Notes under the pieces: model-generated
Database searches by the model: none
What the model saw: only the letters and a program-made list of their open reading frames with translations
What the model was told of the DNA's origin: nothing
Shown: one piece after another, positions 9,406 through 19,081 of the stretch
Position numbering within the stretch: the stretch's first letter is position 1
How the letters are laid out: the number at the start of each line of letters is the position of its first letter
Program-made: the position numbers and the translations under genes
Assembly: GCA_002733505.1 (NCBI GenBank)
Contig: NVVW01000001.1
Span: 88,200-152,199 of the forward strand
Length of the DNA stretch: 64,000 bases
Origin: Methylophaga sp.
GTDB lineage: Bacteria; Pseudomonadota; Gammaproteobacteria; Nitrosococcales; Methylophagaceae
Reading direction: 5' to 3'

Positions 9406-9909
9406 CTATTTTTGACTTAGGTTATTAATGGGGGGATTACAATATGAGTCGCTTTCGGCCAGATCTACAAAGAATAGTTTCAGAACAACTAATGCGAGTA
9501 AGCCCGCCCCTGCAAACCAAAATACTCGCAATGATTTTTTAGATGCAAAGGACATTAATATCACTGCAATCACACTCCATACAATTGAGGTTGTTGATTG
9601 ATATACGCTTGAATTCATCAATGCATGATCCGAATATGAAACATTAGCAAAGAAATGTACTGTTCGAGCAATCACTATATTTATCCAGATAAATGCCATC
9701 AATCCAGCCACGCCATAAATAACGGTTGTCGACATTGCGATAATTTGAGTCTGCTCTGAACGATTAATAAACCACAACCAGCCTGCAATTAATGCAAATA
9801 CGAGCGCTTGTGTAATATCCAGAGGATTAAGCACTGGAATATAGCTAAATGCACCTGTTTGATAGGAAGCGGCATACTGCCAGATCAATATATGGGTAAT
9901 AAGCACCAA
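9406..9909 (-). pseudogene. fragment of a polytopic membrane protein (DUF2339-like C-terminal region)
   Basis: 167-aa all-TM ORF ending ...LLALVVLKLFFVDLAESDS, then unrelated residues where the IS remnant abuts. A short out-of-frame start segment (MLTVALSVLGLIFG) lies at about 9944. The family call is from memory. Confidence 0.45.
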
Positions 9910-10056
9910 AAATCAAGCCCAGCACAGATAAAGCTACTGTCAGCATTCCAGTTCTCCTCAAATATTAAATTGCATAATATCTTTGTCTGAGAAAACTAGC
10001 TATTGATTAAGTGGACTTAGTTCAAGAAATCAAGAGTATTTGGCTTTTTCAAGGAT

Positions 10057-11322
10057 TTATAAAGTAACCCCTAATGCTTGGTTTACATTTGCAATCATAT
10101 GTTTAATATCAATTTCTAATGCTAGCTTGCGATTAGTTGACATGTTAGCTAGCGACTGACTTCGTAATAAACTAACGAGATCAATTTCACCCAAATCAAA
10201 TGCTCGTTGCTGTAATGCTAAGTATTGCTGAGTTGTAGTATTTTGCTCTTTCACTAACTCAAGTTGCTGCTGTTTTGTTTCAAGATCGTGTAAGTGAGAA
10301 AATAATATAATATTAAGTTCTCGTTCTAATTGTTGACGAGAAATTTCAGCGTCGGCTAATTCTTTTGCCGCATTAGCAACGGCAGGTTGACGATAAACCG
10401 TATCATCAAAAGCAAAGCTAATACCTACACCAATGCTGTTATTGAAATCTTCACCATGACCTGCACCTCGCTCACGTCGTACACCAACTGATAACACAGG
10501 ATTAATTGCACCATCAAAATAAGCAATATCCTGCTTAGTTCGTAGCGTATTAATTTGTTGTTCCATTATCATCAATGATGGATGCTGTTGGGGGATCAGT
10601 GCGGCTGAATGGTGCTCACCAATTGTATTTTCCGCTAATGTTTCTTCATATTGTTGTGGCAAAGAATCTTCACCTGTAATACGTCGATAGCTTGTTAAAG
10701 CATGTTCTAGTTCAGCTTGTGCCAGCAAATATTGACTATGCATCTCTATTGCATTGGTACTAGCCAATAATCGCGCTGTTCCTGCCAATTCACCGGCTTT
10801 CACCCGAGCAACCACATCTTGCTCTAGTTTCTGTGCCGATTGCCATACTTGATAAGCTTGTGATGTGGCATTATCTGCTAACACTGCTTTCCAGATAAGT
10901 TCACGCACTATTGCTGACGCATCTAACCGTATTTGTTTTTTATAAGCAGGTAATTCAGCCGTCATCTTTTCCGAAAGGGTCAGTTGTTGCTGCTTTTGAC
11001 CCGCTAACCATAATGGCAGGTCGACACTGCCTTCCCATTCTTGCAAACCATCATTACTACCAATAACATCATTTTGATGCATCAAGTTAATACTTGCTGC
11101 ATCTGCAAAACGAGCATTAGCCAACGATGAATTTGCATTTATTTGTTGCTGTTGAGCTAAATCATTGTGGTGTGCAGGATGCTGTTGATACACCTTGTCA
11201 GTCAGTGATGACAAGCTGAGATCATTAGATAGCTCAAGTTTTACTTCTTCAGCTAGCAATATGGGTGGTGCAATAAACCCAATAATAATCAATAGTCTAG
11301 TAAAAATAACTCTAAACAACAT
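10057..11322 (-). CDS. outer-membrane efflux protein (TolC/CzcC family)
   Basis: 421 aa, signal peptide, two-repeat coiled OEP pattern. Last gene of the RND operon. Confidence 0.85.
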   Translation of the reverse strand: MLFRVIFTRLLIIIGFIAPPILLAEEVKLELSNDLSLSSLTDKVYQQHPAHHNDLAQQQQINANSSLANARFADAASINLMHQNDVIGSNDGLQEWEGSVDLPLWLAGQKQQQLTLSEKMTAELPAYKKQIRLDASAIVRELIWKAVLADNATSQAYQVWQSAQKLEQDVVARVKAGELAGTARLLASTNAIEMHSQYLLAQAELEHALTSYRRITGEDSLPQQYEETLAENTIGEHHSAALIPQQHPSLMIMEQQINTLRTKQDIAYFDGAINPVLSVGVRRERGAGHGEDFNNSIGVGISFAFDDTVYRQPAVANAAKELADAEISRQQLERELNIILFSHLHDLETKQQQLELVKEQNTTTQQYLALQQRAFDLGEIDLVSLLRSQSLANMSTNRKLALEIDIKHMIANVNQALGVTL

Positions 11323-11379
11323 AAAATGTATCCCTTGTGATAATTTCTAAATATTTCAAAAATATAATCTGTAATTTTA

Positions 11380-11676
11380 TCAAATGCTGCCACTTTTTAA
11401 TAATGGCATTAACCAATAATGTATACCTGTATTTTGAAAGTCTTCCTCAAGCCCCGTGATAACTGCTTCAGCTAAATTCTGCTCAAGCTCGATCCACAAA
11501 GCAATCTGTTTTCTTCGTCCAGTTACTTGTTCTGACACGCTCATTTCATGTCCCGTACCGTGCCCACTTGCAGATAGCGAAGTAAAGCCCGTTATATCCG
11601 GCCGATTTAATAGCCAATCGACCAATACATCTTCAATCTTTGGCACGGCAATAATTGTTAATAAGCATTTATTCAT
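11380..11676 (-). CDS. small DUF3240-like protein associated with heavy-metal RND pumps
   Basis: 98 aa. Start overlaps the pump stop by 4 nt. Size and pattern (IIAVPKIEDVLVDWLL...FTSLSASGHG) recall the DUF3240 proteins found next to CzcA-type genes. Confidence 0.55.
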   Translation of the reverse strand: MNKCLLTIIAVPKIEDVLVDWLLNRPDITGFTSLSASGHGTGHEMSVSEQVTGRRKQIALWIELEQNLAEAVITGLEEDFQNTGIHYWLMPLLKSGSI

Positions 11677-14600
11677 GCTGGCACCTCCTTGCTTGATACC
11701 GTTTTTGCTTCACCAAATCGTTTATAAAATTGTGGTAACAATACGAGTGTTAACATGGTTGCTGTCACCAATCCACTGATGACAACAATCGCTAATGGAC
11801 GTTGAATTTCTGATCCCGGGCCGGTGGCAAACAAGAGTGGTATTAAACCAAAACTTGCAATGCTTGCCGTCATCATAACGGGGCGTAAACGGCGCATAGC
11901 GCCTTCTCTTACTGCCTGATCCATTGATAATCCAAGGGAGCGCAACTCATTAAAATAGGTCACCATGACGATACCGTTGAGAACAGCAATCCCTAATAAA
12001 GCAATAAAACCAACGGATGCGGGCACTGACATATATTCACCTGTTATCCACAATCCAACAATACCACCAACCAGTGCGAACGGCACATTACTTAATACCA
12101 ATAAAGCTTGACGAACAGAATGGAAAGTCGAAAATAGTATTAAAAAGATAAATAATAAAGCAACGGGCACAACAATAGCGAGCCTTTTAGCAGCACGTTG
12201 TTGATTTTCAAATTGCCCTCCCCACGCTATTGAGTAGCCTGTTGGTAAAGCAATATTATCCGCAACTGTGCGTTTCGCTTCATCAACAAAGCTAACTAAA
12301 TCCCGGCCACCCACATTTGCCACGACAACCGACATGCGTTGTCCCATTTCCCGTTTAATCGATACAGGCCCCTCTATTCGTTCAAGTTTAGCAATACGTG
12401 ATAACGGCACTTGCTCTCCATTAGCTGCCATCAAATGTATATTAGTGAACTCGGCAGGTGATGAACGTAAGTCATCATCGCCTTTTAATACCAGTGGTGT
12501 ACGCCTAGCACCTTGATAAACTGTCCCTACTTCGCTGCCTTCAATTAATACGCGAAGTTGAGGCATAATATCATCCATAGTCAAACCTACACGGCCAGCA
12601 GCTAAACGATCAATTGCAACACGGTAATATTGCGCACCCTCCGTTTGAGAAGTGATAACATCTTCCGCACCATCAATGGCGCTCACAAGACCAACAATTT
12701 GATTGGCTAACTGGCTCAGTTCATGACCACTCTCCCCAAATATTTTAATCGCTAGATCGCCACGCACGCCTGTCAACATTTCTGACACACGCATTTCAAT
12801 AGGCTGGGTAAAACCAAAAGCAATACCTGGGAACTGGGTTAAAACATGGCGAATTTTTTCTTTCAGTTCATTTTTTGTTTTAACTTGCCATTGTTCACGA
12901 GGCTTTAACACTAGAAACATATCTGTTTCGTTTAACCCCATAGGATCTAAACCCAGTTCATCAGAACCCGCCCGGGCAACAATACTGGTTATTTCAGATA
13001 CATTATTCAGTATCGCCATTTCGACACGTTGGTCCAATTCAAGTGATTGTTCAAGCGTAATTGAAGGTAATTTTTCCAATTGCACGATGATGTCGCCTTC
13101 ATCCATCGTAGGCATAAAGCTTTTACCCACTTGGGTATAAATAAAACCAGCGGCTACCAGTGACAAAATGGCAATCACGTTAACAATTCCACTATGCGCC
13201 AATGACCAATCCAGCACTGGTGCATAAAGCTGCTTCATCATTCGCGGTAACCAGGGTTCGGTATGAGGTACATTTTTTAATAAATACGAAGCTACCACAG
13301 GAATAACCGTTAGCGATAGTAATAATGATCCACTTAAAGCAAATACGATGGTCAATGCCACAGGAATAAATAATTTACCTTCTAAGCCTTGCAATGTAAG
13401 CAAGGGCAAAAATACGATGATAATGATCAGGATGCCAGAGGTAACGGGTGTAGCTACATTTTTAACGGCACGATAAATTAGATGTAAACGGGGTAATAAC
13501 TTGGTCTTTTTAGCATCGGCAAGTTCAGACATAATGTTTTCAACTACTACAACAGCCGCATCAACCAGCATACCAATCGCAATCGTCAAACCACCCAAAC
13601 TCATCAAGTTGGCTGACAAGCCAAACTGATTCATCAGTACAAACGTAATCATTGCTGATAAAGGAAGAACCAAAGCAACCGTTGTCGCTGCTCGCAAGTC
13701 ACCTAAAAATAATAATAGCAATATCAAAACCAACACAATGGCTTCAATTAAGGCTTTGCTCACCGTTCCAATTGCTTTTGAAACAAGATCACCACGATTG
13801 TAAAACACATTGATACTGACATCTTCAGGAAGGCTTAGCCTAATCTCGTCCAGTGTTGTTTCAATGTCTTCAACCACCTCTCTGGCATTAGCACCGCGCA
13901 GGCTCAGTACCAAGCCTTGAACGGCTTCACCTTGTCCATCTTTAGTAACACCACCATATCGTGTCAGGCTACCAAAACTAAGTTCTGCCACATCACTTAA
14001 TAATACGGGCTCTGTTAAATGTGGCCTAATTACAATGGCTCGCAGGTCATCTAACGATTGAATACTGCCTTCGGCACGAACAATTAAAACTTCTTCACCA
14101 TCATTTATTCGGCCAGAACCATCATTACGATTATTGGACTCGAGAGCTTGTTGCAGCTGCTCTAAACTAATGTTTCTTGCTTGTAACTTAGCAAGATCAG
14201 GTGTTACTTGAAATGTTTTAGCATGACCGCCAAGTGAATTCACATCTGCCACACCAGGTACACTGCGTAATGCAGGTCGAATAACCCAATCTAACAATAA
14301 GCGACGATCAATCAAACTCATTGACTCACTATCAACAGTGAACATGAAAATCTCACCTAGCGGTGTTGTCATTGGAGCCAACCCGCCGGTAACACCTGGT
14401 GGGAGCTGATCTCGCAACCCAGCTAGACGTTCAGATACCTGCTGTCTCGCCCAAAAAATATCAGTGCCATCTTCAAAGTCTATTGTAATGTCAGTTAGGC
14501 CATATTTAACGACCGAACGTAACATTTCCTGTTTAGGTATTCCTAACATCTCAACTTCGAGAGGCAGGGTAATTCGCGCCTCAACTTCTTCAGGAGTCAT

Positions 14601-14765
14601 TCCTGATGCCTTAAGAATAACCTTAACCTGAGTTGATGACACATCAGGAAATGCGTCTATCGGTATTTGATTAAATGCTTTCCATCCTGCACCTGTTAGG
14701 CCGAGAATAACGAGCAACATTAATAAGCGCTGCGATAAAGAAAATTGAATTAATTTAGCCAGCAT
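11673..14765 (-). CDS. heavy-metal efflux RND transporter (CusA/CzcA family)
   Basis: 1030 aa. 12-TM RND layout with two large periplasmic loops. TM4 motif AIGMLVDAAVVVVEN is typical of the HME-RND family. Substrate not assignable by eye. Confidence 0.9.
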   Translation of the reverse strand: MLAKLIQFSLSQRLLMLLVILGLTGAGWKAFNQIPIDAFPDVSSTQVKVILKASGMTPEEVEARITLPLEVEMLGIPKQEMLRSVVKYGLTDITIDFEDGTDIFWARQQVSERLAGLRDQLPPGVTGGLAPMTTPLGEIFMFTVDSESMSLIDRRLLLDWVIRPALRSVPGVADVNSLGGHAKTFQVTPDLAKLQARNISLEQLQQALESNNRNDGSGRINDGEEVLIVRAEGSIQSLDDLRAIVIRPHLTEPVLLSDVAELSFGSLTRYGGVTKDGQGEAVQGLVLSLRGANAREVVEDIETTLDEIRLSLPEDVSINVFYNRGDLVSKAIGTVSKALIEAIVLVLILLLLFLGDLRAATTVALVLPLSAMITFVLMNQFGLSANLMSLGGLTIAIGMLVDAAVVVVENIMSELADAKKTKLLPRLHLIYRAVKNVATPVTSGILIIIIVFLPLLTLQGLEGKLFIPVALTIVFALSGSLLLSLTVIPVVASYLLKNVPHTEPWLPRMMKQLYAPVLDWSLAHSGIVNVIAILSLVAAGFIYTQVGKSFMPTMDEGDIIVQLEKLPSITLEQSLELDQRVEMAILNNVSEITSIVARAGSDELGLDPMGLNETDMFLVLKPREQWQVKTKNELKEKIRHVLTQFPGIAFGFTQPIEMRVSEMLTGVRGDLAIKIFGESGHELSQLANQIVGLVSAIDGAEDVITSQTEGAQYYRVAIDRLAAGRVGLTMDDIMPQLRVLIEGSEVGTVYQGARRTPLVLKGDDDLRSSPAEFTNIHLMAANGEQVPLSRIAKLERIEGPVSIKREMGQRMSVVVANVGGRDLVSFVDEAKRTVADNIALPTGYSIAWGGQFENQQRAAKRLAIVVPVALLFIFLILFSTFHSVRQALLVLSNVPFALVGGIVGLWITGEYMSVPASVGFIALLGIAVLNGIVMVTYFNELRSLGLSMDQAVREGAMRRLRPVMMTASIASFGLIPLLFATGPGSEIQRPLAIVVISGLVTATMLTLVLLPQFYKRFGEAKTVSSKEVPA

Positions 14766-14799
14766 AATTTAGTCCTTTCATTCGAATAGTAGTGAACAT

Positions 14800-15879
14800 T
14801 TACTCACCTCCTAACCATGCCGATTTCACAGTAGCGGTGCCTTTGATAACAATCTTCTGATCAATTGATAGAGCACCACTTACAATAACTTTGTCACCCC
14901 GTTCACTGGTCACCTTAACTATTTGATTAACAAAACCTTCCTCCGTTTTTACAAATACCGCAGTATTACTTTCATAGCGGAAAATAGCCGTTCGTGGCAA
15001 TTCAAACTGAGGCTCATCACTCTGCTGAACGAAACAAACTTGTATAAACTCACCCGGCGTTAGTTGTTCCGTATTTTTGCTAACTTTCGCACGCACTAAA
15101 ACACCTTGATCAGCAGCATGCACTTCTCGACCCACCGCAATCACATGACCATTAATTTCTTTCTCACACACGATAAGTGGGTCATTAACTTTAACTTGCT
15201 GAACAATATCTAATGGCACATGAATTTCTAACCATAGTGGTGATAACTGAGCAATTTTATATATGGGATCAGCTGCAGTTAATCGTTGCCCTGCAGTAGC
15301 AAATTGTTTCATCACTACTCCATCTGAAACGGCAGTAACCGTAAGGTGACTATTGAGTTCACGCGTATTATATAATTGTTTAATCGCCTTCACATCCATG
15401 CCCGCTAACTCAAGTGACTTTTTATACAAAGCCACTTCAGTTTTGTCTTGTTGATAACTTGATTGAGATTGACGATAACGTCGTTCGGCAATAATACCTT
15501 CTTCAAACAAGCTTTTATCTCGACGCATTTCTCGTAGCGATTGTGACATTCGGCTAAGTGCTTGTAAGTAATCATTCTGGCTAGCCAATAATTGTGGACT
15601 ATTCATTTGCGCTAACGCTTGACCAGCCACAACATTGTCACCTTCAGCCACCATCATAATTTCTACCACACCATCCTGCGGCGCACTGATAACTCGCTGT
15701 GATTTATTTGGAATAGTCACTTGCGCAGGTAATTTATTGCTAAGGGAGTGACTTACTAAAATAGGCTGCCCTAGTTCAATACCTATATGAGAAATTTCAT
15801 CGGCACTGAATGTCACTGCTTCATTAGCAGTAGCAGACAATGAAAAAAGTAATAAAAACAAGCTTGTAATACGTTTCAT
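14800..15879 (-). CDS. RND efflux periplasmic adaptor (membrane fusion protein)
   Basis: 359 aa, signal peptide, lipoyl/coiled-coil/beta-barrel adaptor pattern. Immediately upstream of the pump. Confidence 0.85.
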   Translation of the reverse strand: MKRITSLFLLLFSLSATANEAVTFSADEISHIGIELGQPILVSHSLSNKLPAQVTIPNKSQRVISAPQDGVVEIMMVAEGDNVVAGQALAQMNSPQLLASQNDYLQALSRMSQSLREMRRDKSLFEEGIIAERRYRQSQSSYQQDKTEVALYKKSLELAGMDVKAIKQLYNTRELNSHLTVTAVSDGVVMKQFATAGQRLTAADPIYKIAQLSPLWLEIHVPLDIVQQVKVNDPLIVCEKEINGHVIAVGREVHAADQGVLVRAKVSKNTEQLTPGEFIQVCFVQQSDEPQFELPRTAIFRYESNTAVFVKTEEGFVNQIVKVTSERGDKVIVSGALSIDQKIVIKGTATVKSAWLGGE

Positions 15880-15897
15880 TTAATTATTCTCTTAAAA

Positions 15898-16519
15898 TTA
15901 TTTTTTGTAACCAGTAAACATGGCTTTAACTAAATTATCATCATGCACCTTACTAGAGACAAAGACACCAACAATATGTAGCACTATAAGTAACAACATC
16001 AAATTAGCAAAGAACTCATGGATTTCTTCCCAAAACTCTTCTTCTTCACTGTCTTCACCTTCCTCACCCTGTTCAACATGACCTGAAGCATTCGCTGAAT
16101 TTATAAAATAACTGGTATCTGTTTCTGCCAAAGGCCCATGCCCCTCCACCCCATAAACTTTCAAGCCACTGACTGTGGTGATCAATAATGTCAGTAGCAA
16201 AGCCATTACCATCAAGCCTCCTAGTGGGTTATGGCCACGATAATGCTTGGCTGTTCCAGAAATCATTCCTTTTGCGTAGCTAACAACTTCTCGCGGACTA
16301 AAAATAAAATCTTTAAACCGAGCATGTTGGCTACCTACAAATCCCCAAACAACACGAAAGACTACTAGTCCTAAAATAAAGTAGCCAGAATAAACATGAA
16401 TCATGCTTGCATCTTCACCACTAACTATAGGCAACAACAAAAGCAATAACTAAAGACCAATGAAATAAGCGAATAGCAATATCCCATACAAGTTTAGAAT
16501 CATCTTTTGACTGTTTCAT
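15898..16519 (-). pseudogene. cytochrome b561-like (Ni_hydr_CYTB-type) membrane protein, frameshifted
   Basis: ATG 16519 opens MKQSKDDSKLVWDIAIRLFHWSLVIAFVVAYS, then stops. The family sequence continues in another frame as ...SGEDASMIHVYSGYFILGLVVFRVVWGF (ORF 15898-16446). One-base shift near 16425-16432. Acidic loop EQGEEGEDSEEEEFWEE. Confidence 0.65.
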
Positions 16520-16655
16520 AATATTTCTACTTTCCTAAGATTACGGCTACAGATTACAAGCTATTTTCGATGGATACTATCGGGTATCTGTCCTATAATG
16601 CCTGTAACAGACCATATGTCCCATCCATTTCAAGTCGCTTCTTTCGAGGATTACC

Positions 16656-17153
16656 GTGCCCAATATTAAAACAATTGCCATCTTCATAATATTGTTAGTT
16701 GTTATGGTTTCTAACAGCGTAGACTTTTTCCACGACTTTGTTAGAGATGAACCTGTCTGGCACTTAATTGAAGAAAGCATCGTCATTACACTAGCGTTTG
16801 GATTAATCATTTATATAGTGATTAATCTAAGGCAAAAAAAACGTGATTTACAAGCTTTAGTACAAGAACTTGAATCAAGCGAACACTCTTTAGAGAAATC
16901 TAATGCCCTAATTCAGAACGCTAGAAAAGAATACAGCAAAGTTATTCACAAACAATTTGATGATTGGCAACTCAGTCATAGCCAACAACAAATTGCGTTG
17001 TTGCTATTAAAGGGACTGAGTTTTAATGAGATCGCAGCAATTCGAGACACCAAAGAAAAAACAGTTCGGCAACAAGCATCTGAGATCTATAAAAAAGCAG
17101 GTGTGGCAGGCCGACATGTATTTTCTGCTTGGTTTTTTGAAGACTTTTTATAA
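16656..17153 (+). CDS. membrane-anchored LuxR-family HTH regulator
   Basis: 165 aa: two N-terminal TM helices, a coiled-coil linker, and a C-terminal LuxR/GerE HTH (LSHSQQQIALLLLKGLSFNEIAAIRDTKEKTVRQQASEIYKKAGV). Divergent from the efflux operon. Confidence 0.7.
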   Translation: MPNIKTIAIFIILLVVMVSNSVDFFHDFVRDEPVWHLIEESIVITLAFGLIIYIVINLRQKKRDLQALVQELESSEHSLEKSNALIQNARKEYSKVIHKQFDDWQLSHSQQQIALLLLKGLSFNEIAAIRDTKEKTVRQQASEIYKKAGVAGRHVFSAWFFEDFL

Positions 17154-17215
17154 AGCAAAAACCCTGATTTTATGTGATGCTTCATTGATAACCGTTATAC
17201 GAAAAAGGACTAACC

Positions 17216-18083
17216 ATGAAATGGCGTAACCGACGAGTCAGTAAAAATATTGAAGATAGACGCAATCAAACGACCCGAGGAGGTAGAGCGGCAAAAGGTA
17301 GTATTGGCACCATCGTTGTTGCGCTTGCTGCAATGTACTTTTTGGGTGTTGACCCTCAGTTAGTGATGAGTTTATTAGGTGGAAGTTCATCGCCCGCCAC
17401 TACGCAAACCGATCCCAACTATCGGCCTAGTGCTGAGCAACAAAAACTTGCCCAATTTACCGGTGTTGTATTAGCCGACACCGAAGACACATGGAACCCG
17501 TTATTCCAACAAATGGGTAAGCGCTATCAAGAACCAAAATTAGTATTATTTACTGATGCTGTTCGTTCAGCATGTGGCCATGCACAAGCTGCAATGGGGC
17601 CTTTTTATTGTCCCGGTGATAATAAAATCTATATCGACCTCGGCTTTTATCAACAACTTAAAAATCGACACAATGCACCCGGCGATTTTGCTCAGGCTTA
17701 TGTTATCGCCCATGAAGTAGGTCACCATGTGCAAAACCTTCTTGGCACATCAGGTCAAGTTCACAAGGCTCAACGTAGTATGAGCAAAGAAAAAGGCAAT
17801 CAATTATCTGTAATGTTAGAACTACAAGCCGACTGTTTTTCCGGCGTGTGGGCACACCATACACAGCGTGCTAAACAAGTGCTCGAGCAAGGTGATATAG
17901 AAGAAGCCCTCACCGCCGCCAGCGCCATTGGCGATGACCGCTTGCAAAAACAAGCCAAAGGGTTATGCTTCACCAGAATCATTCACCCACGGCACATCAC
18001 AGCAACGAGTTCGCTGGTTCAAAACAGGTTTCAGCCAAGGAACCGTAGAAAGCTGCAATACCTTTGAAGCAGCAAGATTGTAA
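17216..18083 (+). pseudogene. ypfJ: YpfJ-family neutral zinc metallopeptidase, frameshifted near the 3' end
   Basis: MKWRNRRVSKNIEDRRNQ N-terminus and HEVGHHVQN zinc motif. After ...[10 protein letters not shown] the family C-terminus ([39 protein letters not shown]) continues in the +1 frame to the stop at 18081-18083. The shift lies in the AAAGGG run at 17957-17962. Confidence 0.75.
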
Positions 18084-18103
18084 ATAGAAGAGATCACTAG
18101 GTA

Positions 18104-18665
18104 ATGCTAAATATATTAAAAAATGAAAAAGCGATATTTGTTTCATTAATTGCACTGATTGCTCTTACACCGCTAAAGCATCAAATTTTGCACTCATCGC
18201 TATATACAACTTAGCACTATTCCTTATCTTTGCAGTGATTATGTATGCTGCTGTAAACAGTGGCACATCATGCAAAAATGTTGGCTGAAAAATATGGCAA
18301 ACCCTATGGTACCATGATCTTAACCTCATTAGCAGTGGTGGTTGAAGTGCTGATTATTGGCATTATGATGAGCCATTCTGAAAACATTAATCTGGTCAGA
18401 GATACTATCGTTGCTGCTGTACTCTCGATATTAACGGCCTACTAGGTATCGCAGCCATCATTGGCGGTATCAAGCATGGTGAGCAAGATTATAACTTTGA
18501 CTCTACCAATTCTTACATTTCGATGATCGTTGTAGCAATCGGAATAGCCATGGTATTACCCATGTTTGTGCCTGAAGCAATGGGTACAACCTATCTAATA
18601 TTTGTAGCCGTGATGTTCATCTTAATGTTCATCATTTTCACCCGCATTCAAATCAAAGAACATAG
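18104..18665 (+). pseudogene. chaA: Ca2+/H+ antiporter (ChaA-like) N-terminal remnant with frameshifts
   Basis: Three frames together give HHAKMLAEKYGKPYGTMILTSLAVVVEVLIIGIMM...LVRDTIVAAVLSIL, then NGLLGIAAIIGGIKHGEQDYNF...IAMVLPMF...FIIFTRIQIKEHSY. This is colinear with the first half of ChaA as I recall it. It ends abruptly at about 18665. Confidence 0.6.
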
Positions 18666-18865
18666 CTACCTCCGTTTTGTAGTTTAAAATGCCTGAGTAG
18701 TAACTCTCTTTCTTTTTCTGAAGTTATCTTTCCTGCAATCCACAGTTGTCTTAACTCAAATGCATAACCATCTTGCTCCGTAACAGGCGCTAAACCTTCA
18801 AGTGCTGCATTAGCATCAGTACGGTTCGCTGCTTTTATTCGCACATTAATTTCTTTTTTAGTCAT
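18653..18865 (-). CDS. VbhA-like antitoxin-domain protein (orphan, no Fic partner)
   Basis: 70 aa. RIKAANRTDANAALEGLAP resembles the VbhA inhibitory helix (RRDARNALASQRLEGLEP in Bartonella VbhA, from memory). No Fic/Doc gene is adjacent. Confidence 0.45.
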   Translation of the reverse strand: MTKKEINVRIKAANRTDANAALEGLAPVTEQDGYAFELRQLWIAGKITSEKERELLLRHFKLQNGGSYVL

Positions 18866-19081
18866 AACGCGATCAGTATTACTCCTAACACTCGCTTAAG
18901 AAATGTTTTAAGCACATTTAAATATTGTATATTCATATTGAAAAGTCATCACTAAATTCTGTCAAGTTGCTTTGAGCATAACTTATGCTCTTTGGGCAAA
19001 ATTACAGTCCTTATTATGAAGCTTATATTTAAAAGGTATTATCCATTAACTTGTTATATCACCCGTATAAGAATAGTGTAT

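Noticed and set aside
11456-12516. Plus-strand ORFs inside the DUF3240 and pump genes (11456-11779, 12268-12516).
   Set aside because: They are antisense to strongly supported genes and have biased composition without motifs.
16577-16810. 77-aa minus-strand ORF between the b561-like gene and the LuxR-type gene.
   Set aside because: It overlaps the LuxR-type gene start on the opposite strand and has no features of a real gene.
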